A DNA stretch of 64,000 nucleotides, from contig CAKVNM010000001.1 of the NCBI GenBank assembly GCA_934777505.1, positions 92,977 through 156,976 of the forward strand, written 5' to 3'. The notes under the pieces were generated by a model. That model was not told the DNA's origin. It saw only the letters and a list, made by a program, of their open reading frames with translations, and made no database searches. Both the position numbers and the translations under genes were made by a program. Positions 17,435 to 25,543 of the stretch are shown here, one piece after another. The first letter of the stretch is position 1. Each line of letters starts with the position of its first letter. The stretch comes from an uncultured Clostridia bacterium. Its GTDB lineage: Bacteria > Bacillota > Clostridia > Christensenellales > UBA1242.

Positions 17435-17553
17435 TTATTGTTTCAAAATACACACTTAGGGTATATTTACTAGCCGTTGCCTTGAAATCAAGGTTGTTAG
17501 TAGAGTTTTAAAACGCCTAAGGAGGCTTAAAAACAAGGAGGATAAAATTTTTT

Positions 17554-18465
17554 ATGTCAGTTATTTCAATGAAACAATTATTAGAAGCAGGTGTTCACTT
17601 TGGACACCAAACAAGAAAATGGAACCCAAAAATGAGCAAGTACATTTTCACAGCAAGAAATGATATCCATGTTATCAATCTTGAACAAACTGTTGAACTT
17701 ATCGACAGTGCCTATGCTTATGTTAAGGAACAAGCAGCACAAGGCAAAACTTTCCTATTTGTAGGAACAAAAAAACAAGCACAAGACGCAATCAAAGAAG
17801 AAGCAGAAAGATGCGGAATGTACTACATCAACTCTCGTTGGCTTGGTGGTACACTAACAAACTTCAAGACAATTCGTTCTAGAATCGACAGACTTAACAA
17901 ACTAAGTCAAATGGAAAAAACAGGCGAATTCGACCTTCTTCCAAAGAAAGAAGTTGCAGAACTTAAAAAAGAACAAGCAAAACTTGAAAAGTTCCTTGGC
18001 GGAATTAAGGATATGACAAAACTTCCACAAGTTATCATCGTTGTTGACTCAAAGAAGGAACATATCTGTATTCAAGAAGCAAAAAAACTTGGTATTCCAG
18101 TTGTTGGTCTTATTGATACAAACTGCGACCCAGACGATGTTGATGTTGTTATTCCAGGTAATGATGACGCAATTCGTTCAGTAAAACTTATCGTTGGCGC
18201 ACTTGCTGATGCTATTATCGAAGCAAGAGAAGGTGAAGAAGCAGTTAAGGCTTCAAAACCAGCAGAAGAAGACAATGTTGATATGAACGCTGTTATGGAA
18301 GAAATCAAACAAGAAGAAGTTGTTGAAGCAGAACCAGTAGTAGAACAAAAACCAGCAAAGAAAGCAAAAAAAGCAGTTGCAGAAGTTAAGGAAGAAGCAA
18401 AAGCAGAAGAAGCACCTGCAAAAAAGACAACAAGAAGAACAAAAAAGGCTGACAAGGCTGAATAG
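17554..18465 (+). CDS. rpsB: 30S ribosomal protein S2 with a K/E/A-rich C-terminal extension
   Basis: [19 protein letters not shown]. The last roughly 65 aa are a low-complexity extension. Confidence 0.97.
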   Translation: MSVISMKQLLEAGVHFGHQTRKWNPKMSKYIFTARNDIHVINLEQTVELIDSAYAYVKEQAAQGKTFLFVGTKKQAQDAIKEEAERCGMYYINSRWLGGTLTNFKTIRSRIDRLNKLSQMEKTGEFDLLPKKEVAELKKEQAKLEKFLGGIKDMTKLPQVIIVVDSKKEHICIQEAKKLGIPVVGLIDTNCDPDDVDVVIPGNDDAIRSVKLIVGALADAIIEAREGEEAVKASKPAEEDNVDMNAVMEEIKQEEVVEAEPVVEQKPAKKAKKAVAEVKEEAKAEEAPAKKTTRRTKKADKAE

Positions 18466-18494
18466 TTTTTAGAAAAATATAAAGGAGAATATTT

Positions 18495-19142
18495 ATGTTT
18501 ACAGCACAAGATATTGTTAAACTAAGAGAAAAAACAGGTGCAGGTATGATGGACTGCAAAAATGCTCTTAAAGAATGCGATGGCAACATGGACAAGGCTA
18601 TCGACTACCTAAGAGAAAAGGGCATTGCAAAGGCTGCCAAGAAAGCAGACAGAATTGCAGCAGAAGGACTTGTTGAAAGTTACATTCACATGGGCGGAAA
18701 AATCGGCGTATTGGTAGAAGTTAACTGTGAAACAGACTTCGTTGCTCGTTCAGACAACTTTAAAGCACTTGTAAAAGACATTGCTATGCAAATTGCAGCG
18801 CAAAGTCCAAAATGTGTTCGTAGAGAAGAAGCAAACATGGCTGATGTTGACAAAGAAAGAGAAATTTTGCGTGCAGAAGTTCTCAACGAAGGCAAACCAG
18901 CAGCAGTTGTTGATAGAATTGTTGAAGGCAAAATCAACAAATATTACAGCGAAATTTGCTTGATGGAACAACCATTCATTAAAGACCCATCAAAGACAAT
19001 TACAGATGTTATCAACGAAGCAATTTTAAGCATTGGTGAAAAAATCACTGTTAGAAGATTTGTTCGTTATGAAATGGGCGAAGGTCTTGAAAAAAGACAA
19101 GATAACTTTGCAGAAGAAGTTATGAGTCAAATGAAAAAGTAA
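18495..19142 (+). CDS. tsf: Elongation factor Ts
   Basis: VKLREKTGAGMMDCKNAL UBA-like N-terminus. Follows rpsB. Confidence 0.97.
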   Translation: MFTAQDIVKLREKTGAGMMDCKNALKECDGNMDKAIDYLREKGIAKAAKKADRIAAEGLVESYIHMGGKIGVLVEVNCETDFVARSDNFKALVKDIAMQIAAQSPKCVRREEANMADVDKEREILRAEVLNEGKPAAVVDRIVEGKINKYYSEICLMEQPFIKDPSKTITDVINEAILSIGEKITVRRFVRYEMGEGLEKRQDNFAEEVMSQMKK

Positions 19143-19182
19143 TAACAATTTTGTGAAATAAAAGACTTTATAATATCAAAAA

Positions 19183-19211
19183 ATCCACCAAAAATTTAGG
19201 TGGATTTTTTT
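19183..19211 (+). terminator. Rho-independent terminator after tsf
   Basis: Stem ATCCACC/GGTGGAT, then T7. Confidence 0.85.
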
Positions 19212-19247
19212 CGCCAAAATTCGCAAATTATTTTTTTAAAAAGGGTC

Positions 19248-19275
19248 TTGACAAATCTTTTTTATATGGTACAAT
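19248..19275 (+). promoter_or_regulatory. Sigma-A-type promoter of the 179-aa unknown gene
   Basis: TTGACA, 16 nt, TGgTACAAT. Confidence 0.6.
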
Positions 19276-19301
19276 TTAGAGAATTTAAGGAGAAATACAA
19301 G

Positions 19302-19841
19302 ATGTTTGTTAATGATAAAAGATTTTCTAACGAGATATTATTTAGAGCGTTAAACCCACTACTCACAAGAGTTAAGGAAAGAATAATTGTTGAAAGACTC
19401 AACGAAAACGGCAAGAAAATTAGGTGCGATATCAAATTCGCTATCACAGATTGCAGTCCAGTAAAAGAAATTGGTCACAATTTTGGTGGCGTAACAAAAA
19501 TTGATAGCCAACTAAAAAGAGTTACTCTAACAATGATAGTTTGTTCAAATCAACCGTTTAAACACGGCGTTGAAGTGGCTAGTCAAGACGATTTGAGGAA
19601 TGCAGAAGCAGAAAAGTGCGTTCTAATTATGGACGACTCACAACTAAAAATCGTTGGAACTCCACACCTTATGTACAGCGTTATTGAGCCAAAGGAAACT
19701 TCCAACTTTAAGCCACTCAATGTGAACAAACTTTATCGTCAGGGAATGTACAAAGTGTTTGGAATTATGTATAAACAACACCTAATTCAAAACCTAGAAA
19801 ATCAACTTGACGACAACGAACAAGCAGAAAACTTGTTCTAA
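19302..19841 (+). CDS. Hypothetical protein (179 aa) occupying the usual pyrH position
   Basis: AAGGAG SD before the ATG at 19302. It has its own promoter and terminator. I recognise no family. Confidence 0.6.
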   Translation: MFVNDKRFSNEILFRALNPLLTRVKERIIVERLNENGKKIRCDIKFAITDCSPVKEIGHNFGGVTKIDSQLKRVTLTMIVCSNQPFKHGVEVASQDDLRNAEAEKCVLIMDDSQLKIVGTPHLMYSVIEPKETSNFKPLNVNKLYRQGMYKVFGIMYKQHLIQNLENQLDDNEQAENLF

Positions 19842-19844
19842 AAG

Positions 19845-19870
19845 CAAGCCATTTGGCTTGTTTTTTTGTG
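19845..19870 (+). terminator. Rho-independent terminator
   Basis: Stem CAAGCC/GGCTTG, then T7 and GTGA. Confidence 0.85.
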
Positions 19871-19872
19871 AT

Positions 19873-19887
19873 TTGCATACTATGCAA
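19873..19887. repeat. TTGCATA-C-TATGCAA palindrome (TACTATGCA motif, site D)
   Basis: A 7-1-7 palindrome containing one perfect TACTATGCA 9-mer. Confidence 0.7.
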
Positions 19888-19915
19888 AGTCTTAGAACGC
19901 AAATTTGATACGATT

Positions 19916-20026
19916 ATGCTTGAAATCAAAGCGTTTAACCTATCACTTTTTATTGTTTGGGTGCTAAGCATAGCATTCAAAATATTTAGTAAAGCAGGGC
20001 TAAAAGTCTTAATTCTACTTTTTTAG
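19916..20026 (+). CDS. Possible 36-aa hydrophobic peptide (MLEIKAFNLSLFIVWVLSIAFKIFSKAGLKVLILLF)
   Basis: Open frame ending inside the 20025-20063 terminator. No SD. Very speculative. Confidence 0.2.
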   Translation: MLEIKAFNLSLFIVWVLSIAFKIFSKAGLKVLILLF

Positions 20027-20063
20027 CAAATAACATTGTTAATATTATTTGCTTTTTTTGTGA
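20025..20063 (+). terminator. Rho-independent terminator in the tsf-frr spacer
   Basis: Stem AGCAAATAA/TTATTTGCT, then T7 and GTGA. Confidence 0.8.
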
Positions 20064-20107
20064 TAGTTTTGTAAAATACTTAGTGATAATAAAATAGGAG
20101 AAAATTT

Positions 20108-20677
20108 ATGAAATATCAAACAAAACAAGAAACATTTGACGCTTTTAAAATGGGACTTGAAAAAGTTATCGAGCATTTTCAAAGCGAACTAGCAGTAGTA
20201 AGAGCAGGCAGAGCAAATCCAAAGATTTTGGACAGAGTTATGGTTGACTACTACGGAAGCATGACACCACTAAACCAAATGAGCAACATCACAGTTCCAG
20301 AACCAAGAAGTTTGTATGTTAATGTTTGGGACCAAAGTATGCTAAAAGAAGTTATCAAGGCACTCAACGAAGCAAATCTTGGTGTTAATGTTAGTGACGA
20401 TGGTAAAAATGTTAGATTAACATTCCCACAACTAACACAAGACAGAAGAATTGAACTTGTAAAAGGCATCAAAAAAACTGCCGAAGAAAACAGAATTTCG
20501 CTTCGTAACGAAAGACGAGAAGCCATGGACGAACTAAAAGACCAAAAGAAAAACAACATTATCACAGAAGACGAACTTGCACAAGCAGAAAAAGAAGTTC
20601 AAAAAATTCTTGATGGTTACAACGAAAAAATCGACCAACTTCTTGCTGTAAAAGAAAAAGAAATCATGGAAGTTTAG
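20108..20677 (+). CDS. frr: Ribosome recycling factor
   Basis: VRAGRANPKILDRVMVDYYG. 189 aa. Confidence 0.97.
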   Translation: MKYQTKQETFDAFKMGLEKVIEHFQSELAVVRAGRANPKILDRVMVDYYGSMTPLNQMSNITVPEPRSLYVNVWDQSMLKEVIKALNEANLGVNVSDDGKNVRLTFPQLTQDRRIELVKGIKKTAEENRISLRNERREAMDELKDQKKNNIITEDELAQAEKEVQKILDGYNEKIDQLLAVKEKEIMEV

Positions 20678-20760
20678 AAAATTACTAAGACTTATAACAA
20701 AAAATTAGCCAAAATTCATAAGTATTTAGTAAAGGGAATTTTTTGTTGATAAGGAGTAAT

Positions 20761-21489
20761 ATGGGATTGTTTTCGAAAAAGAAAAAGACTAATCTAGATT
20801 TAGCAAAAATGCCAGTTCACATGGCATTTATTATTGATGGCAACGGCAGGTGGGCAAAAAAAAGGGGACTGCCTAGAACGGTAGGTCACAAACAGGGCGT
20901 TGTGGCAGTTAAAAACACGATTGATAATTGCTACAATCTTGGCATAAAAGAAATTTCGTTTTTTTGCTTTTCAACTGAAAATTGGAACAGACCAAAGGAA
21001 GAAATTGACGCTCTTTTTGATATGCTAAGAAAGTTTACTAGTGATGACCTTTTGCCATACAAAGAAAAGGGTGTTAAAATTGTGCATAGCGGAGATATTT
21101 CAAGGCTTCCACAAGATTTGCAACAAACGCTACTTGACGCCGTTAAGCAAACCGAAAACAATAACAAAATGATAGTTAATCTTTGCATAAATTATGGTGG
21201 AAGGGACGACATTTTGCACGCAGTAAATTTGGCGTTAAAAAGCGGAAAAACAACCATTTCGCAAGCCGAGTTTGAGCAAAATTTGTACAGTCACACTTTG
21301 CACGACCTTGACCTTGTTGTTAGAACAAGCGGGGAGCAAAGAATTAGCAATTTTATGCTATATCAAATGGCGTATGCAGAACTATATTTTACGCCAACAT
21401 ATTGGCCAGATTTTGACAAAAAAGCACTTGAAGACGCTTTGATTAATTTTCAAGCAAGGTCAAGAAGATTTGGCGCAATAAAAGAATAA
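20761..21489 (+). CDS. uppS: Undecaprenyl diphosphate synthase
   Basis: HMAFIIDGNGRWA and RTSGEQRISNFMLYQ. AAGGAG SD before the ATG at 20761. Confidence 0.95.
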   Translation: MGLFSKKKKTNLDLAKMPVHMAFIIDGNGRWAKKRGLPRTVGHKQGVVAVKNTIDNCYNLGIKEISFFCFSTENWNRPKEEIDALFDMLRKFTSDDLLPYKEKGVKIVHSGDISRLPQDLQQTLLDAVKQTENNNKMIVNLCINYGGRDDILHAVNLALKSGKTTISQAEFEQNLYSHTLHDLDLVVRTSGEQRISNFMLYQMAYAELYFTPTYWPDFDKKALEDALINFQARSRRFGAIKE

Positions 21490-21501
21490 TTAGGAGTTAT
21501 T

Positions 21502-22431
21502 ATGAAGACAAGAATAATTACAGGTAGCATTATTGGACTAGTTGTCATCGCATTTTTTGCATTAAGACAACTTGTTAGCCCATACTTTTTTGATGCTATG
21601 ATTGGAATTATCATGATTTGCGGTGCGGGAGAAGTTTCAAAAGTGTTCAATCGTAGCGGAAAATACAACAACATTTTTCTTGCAACAATTTTTCCAGTTG
21701 CTGTATTTTTGGCGATAATTCTTGGTGCATACTTTAAGTTATCATTTTTGTATGTTGCCTTGATTGAATTAGGACTATTTTTACTTTTTGTTTTGATTGC
21801 TTTTGTTTGGACAATCCTTGACAAAAAGGCAGAAAAAGAAGAACTAAAAGCAGGTGTTCAAAAGTCAAAATATGTTATGAACAAAACACTCATGACAACC
21901 GTTGTTTTGGCTTATCCAACACTTTTGCTAAGTTTTTTGTGTTACATTAACCACATGAGCGAACTAGGGCTTACTAGCACGCAAAATTTGAGTTTAGGCT
22001 TTTTTGCACTCGTAATTTTGTTTACAACAACAATGCTAACCGATGTGTGTGCTTACTTTGTTGGCTCAACCATTAAAGGCAAAAAACTTTGCCCATACAT
22101 CAGTCCAAACAAGACGATTTCTGGGGCTATTGGTGGAGTTTTAGGTGCAGTTGTTGGAGCAATTTGTTGCTACTACATTTTTGTTAATGTTGGCGATTTT
22201 TCGACAATTTTCCACAACACAAACTTTACAATTTGGCTATGCTTAATTTATAGCGTGGTTGCGTCAGTTTTGAGTCAAGCAGGAGATATTTTTGCTTCTT
22301 GGCTAAAAAGAACCGCTAGAACCAAAGATTTTAGTACAATTTTCCCTGGTCACGGCGGATTTATGGATAGATGTGACGGAATTGCATTCAACGCAGTGCT
22401 AACATTTATCTTCTTTGCAATCATTTTCTAG
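21502..22431 (+). CDS. cdsA: Phosphatidate cytidylyltransferase
   Basis: Polytopic membrane protein with the C-terminal SWLKR...KDFS...PGHGGFMDRCD signature. Confidence 0.9.
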   Translation: MKTRIITGSIIGLVVIAFFALRQLVSPYFFDAMIGIIMICGAGEVSKVFNRSGKYNNIFLATIFPVAVFLAIILGAYFKLSFLYVALIELGLFLLFVLIAFVWTILDKKAEKEELKAGVQKSKYVMNKTLMTTVVLAYPTLLLSFLCYINHMSELGLTSTQNLSLGFFALVILFTTTMLTDVCAYFVGSTIKGKKLCPYISPNKTISGAIGGVLGAVVGAICCYYIFVNVGDFSTIFHNTNFTIWLCLIYSVVASVLSQAGDIFASWLKRTARTKDFSTIFPGHGGFMDRCDGIAFNAVLTFIFFAIIF

Positions 22432-22520
22432 ACAAGCACTATTTAGACGAATTTTATGATATTTTGATTATAAAAAGTCATAAACTTGATTATAATTAAT
22501 TGAAAGTTTAGGAGTTTATA

Positions 22521-23834
22521 TTGATAGTTTTATACATTCTGCTTGCACTCTTTGTTCTGCTTATGATGGTTACAATTCACGAGTTTGGACATTATGTTGC
22601 TGGCAAAATTTTAGGGTTTAAAATCAACGAATTTTCGATTGGCTTTGGTCCAAGTTTGTATTCAAGAAAGTGCAAGAGTGGCGAAATTTTTTCCATTCGT
22701 CTTTGTCCGCTTGGCGGATATTGTGCGTTTGAAGGTGAAGAAGGTGGCAGTGAGTCATCGGGTGCGTTTTTAAAGCAAAAACCTTGGAAAAGAATAATCG
22801 TTTTGTTCAACGGTGCGTTTTTTAACTTTATCAGTGCGATAATTTTTAGTTTTATCATGCTAGTTAGCGTTGGCTATGATATTCCACAAGTATACACTGT
22901 TGACCCAGTTGTTAGGGTTGATAGTGCGGTGTATGTTGACGCAACAGACGGTTACACAACCAAAGATTTTGTGTTTGAACAAGGCGATTTGATTGTGAAA
23001 ATCGGCGAAAAAAGTTACGATAACGGCTTGTCGCTCAGTCAAGTTGGCTCGGCTCTTGTTGATGTTACAAACACTTTGCCAAACGGCTCTGGTTATCAAT
23101 ACACAATCGAAGTAAAGCGTGATAACAAAGTTTTGGGAATAAAGCCAATAATTTACTGCACAAAACAAAGTAATCTTTTGACTGGCGATGACGCACTTCA
23201 AAAGGGCGATGTTATTTGGAAAGTTAACGGAACAAATGTTGACTTTATAAAGGACAATTTTTTTAATTTACTCGTTGGTAGAGTGGCAGAATCTAGCGAC
23301 AGTATCGAACTTACTATCACACGAAACGGCGAAGAAAAAGTCATAACCATGGATTTGCTTCAAAGTGGAATAAAGGATAGCGAAGGAAACTATGCAAAAC
23401 AAATGGGAGTCAAGAGCAGTGCTTACAAATTCTCGTTTGGAGAGTCGCTTGCTAGATGCGTTCCATACACCTTTGGCTTTTCGTGGCAGGTGCTAAAATC
23501 ACTTGGAACACTAGTTACTGGCGGACTTGGAATTAATGATGTTGGTGGTCCAATCTATACAATCGGCACAATCGCAAACTTGTCGAGTCAAAGTTGGGGC
23601 TATTTCTTAACATTGCTCCCACTAATTGCAGCAAATTTGGCGGTCTTTAACTGGCTTCCAATTCCAGCACTAGACGGAAGTAAAATTTTACTTACCACGA
23701 TTGAGTGGATTATTGGCAGACCATTATTCAAGCAAAAAACGGAAAACTTAATCCATTCGATAGGATTTTTCTTGCTACTAGCACTTGTGTTCTTTGCAGA
23801 TTTCTATCACATATTTGTGGCAATTTTTAGATAA
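22521..23834 (+). CDS. rseP: RIP metalloprotease RseP/RasP (M50, PDZ-containing)
   Basis: HEFGHY zinc motif, FNWLPIPALDG motif, TTG start after an AGGAG SD. Confidence 0.9.
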   Translation: MIVLYILLALFVLLMMVTIHEFGHYVAGKILGFKINEFSIGFGPSLYSRKCKSGEIFSIRLCPLGGYCAFEGEEGGSESSGAFLKQKPWKRIIVLFNGAFFNFISAIIFSFIMLVSVGYDIPQVYTVDPVVRVDSAVYVDATDGYTTKDFVFEQGDLIVKIGEKSYDNGLSLSQVGSALVDVTNTLPNGSGYQYTIEVKRDNKVLGIKPIIYCTKQSNLLTGDDALQKGDVIWKVNGTNVDFIKDNFFNLLVGRVAESSDSIELTITRNGEEKVITMDLLQSGIKDSEGNYAKQMGVKSSAYKFSFGESLARCVPYTFGFSWQVLKSLGTLVTGGLGINDVGGPIYTIGTIANLSSQSWGYFLTLLPLIAANLAVFNWLPIPALDGSKILLTTIEWIIGRPLFKQKTENLIHSIGFFLLLALVFFADFYHIFVAIFR

Positions 23835-23846
23835 TAAAGTTAGCGT

Positions 23847-23870
23847 AAACCTATGGAATAACATAGGTTT
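23847..23870 (+). terminator. Hairpin, weak terminator after rseP
   Basis: AAACCTATG/CATAGGTTT stem. The T-tract is short (TTTATTGC). Confidence 0.5.
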
Positions 23871-23895
23871 ATTGCTTTGTAACAAAGGAGAAGTT

Positions 23896-25422
23896 TTGGA
23901 AAAGATTATTGAATATATTAAAAGGCAAAGAAATTGTAATTTTGACGACTTGCAGTTTTTTAGTGCGAAATATGAAAAAGACGCTAATTTGTTGAGAGTG
24001 GTTTTTTCCAGTTTGATTAGCGAAAGTTATGATGACGAAAAGTTGGAAAAACTAAGAAAAATCGTTTGTGATTTTGTTGAAAACAGATGTGAAGTTTTTG
24101 TAAAAGTCAAACAAAAAGTGTTCTCGCAAGATTTTTGTGAAAGCAAGTTACAAGAAATCATTGCACTTAATCCGTTTTATCAAACAATTTTTGATAAAGA
24201 CAGCATAAAAGTCGAAATTCAGGGCGAAAAGGTGTTTGTAAAAATATCGGCAGACAAAGACGGATTAACCGACTTTGAAAAACGTAAGTTTGAAAATGCT
24301 TTTTGCTCTGGCGTGCAACTAGAACCCGAAAAAGTCGATTTTGAATATGGCATAAAAAAAGCCATCACAAAAAATGTTATTCAAGACAGAATGATGGAAC
24401 TTGAAGATGACGACTATGAAGAGCCTGTCAACATAAAACTCTCGTTTGATAAGGTTTATCTTGGCAAAATGGAGAGTACCGACACGGCCCTTTTGCCAGA
24501 ACAAATTGTCGAGCCACTTAAAAATGCGTATGTTTGTGGCGAAATTTCGGGCATTACAGAACATACTAAAACAAGCGAAGACGGCAAGGAAAGCAAGTAT
24601 TACAAATTTAACATATCAAGTTTGGAGAGCAAGATTGACGCTGTTTGCTTTTTGAAACTGGCTAGCGACTTGATGAACCTTAAAGACGGTCAAAAAGTTG
24701 TGGTTTTGGGAGATATCGACAACTTCCGTGGTACATATTCAATTAGAGTTAGGGGACTTAGCCTATGCTCGTTTGACTTTCCAGAAAAGAAAGAAAAAAA
24801 GGTTAGCAAGTTCTACAAGTTTGTAAAACCAGAACCTTATGTTCAAATGGAGCAAATCAATTTTTTGAACGAAGATAAGGGAATACACTCAAAGTATCTT
24901 TTAAACAACACTTTTGTTGTGTTCGACCTTGAAACCACTGGACTAAATTATTCCACTTGTAAAATCATTGAGATTGGTGCAGTAAAGATTGTTAAAGGGC
25001 AGATTACGGAAGTGTTCTCAACTTTCGTTAACCCACAAGGACACATTGACGATGATGCTACGCTAACAAACAACATTACGGACGACATGGTTAAAGATGC
25101 TCCCGTTTTCAATCAAGTGTTCCCAGATTTCTACAAGTTTATTGACGGAGCAATTTTGGTTGCACATAACATATCGTTCGACTTGCCATTTATCAGCCAC
25201 CACGCAAAGCCACTTGGCTACACAATTTCTAACAAAACCGAAGATACTCTTTTGATTGCACAAAAATATTTGTGGCAACTAAAACACTACAAACTATCAA
25301 ATTTGTGTGATTTTCTTGGAGTTAGTTTGGTGGGTGCACATAGGGCGGTTAACGATACCGTTGCAACTGCAAAATGTTTTATAAAACTAATCGAGAATTA
25401 TCAAGACAAAGAAAATAACTAA
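23896..25422 (+). CDS. PolC-N-terminal-like protein: N-terminal domain, OB fold and DEDDh 3'-5' exonuclease, with no polymerase or PHP domains
   Basis: TTG start 5 nt after an AAAGGAG SD. OB-like segment YVCGEISG...VVVLGDIDNFRGTYSIRV. Exonuclease motifs FDLETTG, AHNISFD and HRAVNDTVA. Confidence 0.75.
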   Translation: MEKIIEYIKRQRNCNFDDLQFFSAKYEKDANLLRVVFSSLISESYDDEKLEKLRKIVCDFVENRCEVFVKVKQKVFSQDFCESKLQEIIALNPFYQTIFDKDSIKVEIQGEKVFVKISADKDGLTDFEKRKFENAFCSGVQLEPEKVDFEYGIKKAITKNVIQDRMMELEDDDYEEPVNIKLSFDKVYLGKMESTDTALLPEQIVEPLKNAYVCGEISGITEHTKTSEDGKESKYYKFNISSLESKIDAVCFLKLASDLMNLKDGQKVVVLGDIDNFRGTYSIRVRGLSLCSFDFPEKKEKKVSKFYKFVKPEPYVQMEQINFLNEDKGIHSKYLLNNTFVVFDLETTGLNYSTCKIIEIGAVKIVKGQITEVFSTFVNPQGHIDDDATLTNNITDDMVKDAPVFNQVFPDFYKFIDGAILVAHNISFDLPFISHHAKPLGYTISNKTEDTLLIAQKYLWQLKHYKLSNLCDFLGVSLVGAHRAVNDTVATAKCFIKLIENYQDKENN

Positions 25423-25437
25423 ACTTATAAAAAATAC

Positions 25438-25466
25438 TTGATATATGTTGAAATTTATGTTATTAT
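25438..25466 (+). promoter_or_regulatory. Sigma-A-type promoter of the nusA operon
   Basis: TTGATA, 17 nt, TATTAT. Confidence 0.5.
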
Positions 25467-25481
25467 ACTATTGACTAGTTA

Positions 25482-25510
25482 TTTGAGCACGGGTTCAGCC
25501 CGTGCTCAAA
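25482..25510 (+). promoter_or_regulatory. 12-bp perfect GC-rich hairpin in the nusA leader
   Basis: TTTGAGCACGGG ttcag CCCGTGCTCAAA. It is followed by GTTTGATT, not a clean U-tract. Confidence 0.6.
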
Positions 25511-25543
25511 GTTTGATTAGCAAATTTAAAGGAGTTTTATATA

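Noticed and set aside
18072-18509. 145-aa minus-strand ORF (Ala/Ser/Thr-rich) and many similar antisense ORFs in the track (for example 12530-12901, 26062-26427, 55543-55989)
   Set aside because: These are mirror-frame artefacts of strongly biased + strand coding sequence. Each lies fully inside a well-supported conserved gene.
19212-19232. CCAAAATTCGCAAATTATT upstream of the 179-aa gene resembles the dif-like arm (rc TAATTTGCGAATTTT versus TATTTTGCGAATAGT, about 12/15)
   Set aside because: It has no inverted partner arm and no second copy flanking the gene. The similarity is within what AT-rich sequence gives by chance.
19765-19980. 71-aa minus-strand ORF spanning the terminator and the TACTATGCA dyad
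   Set aside because: It crosses a + strand terminator and the 3' end of the 179-aa gene, and has no translation signals.
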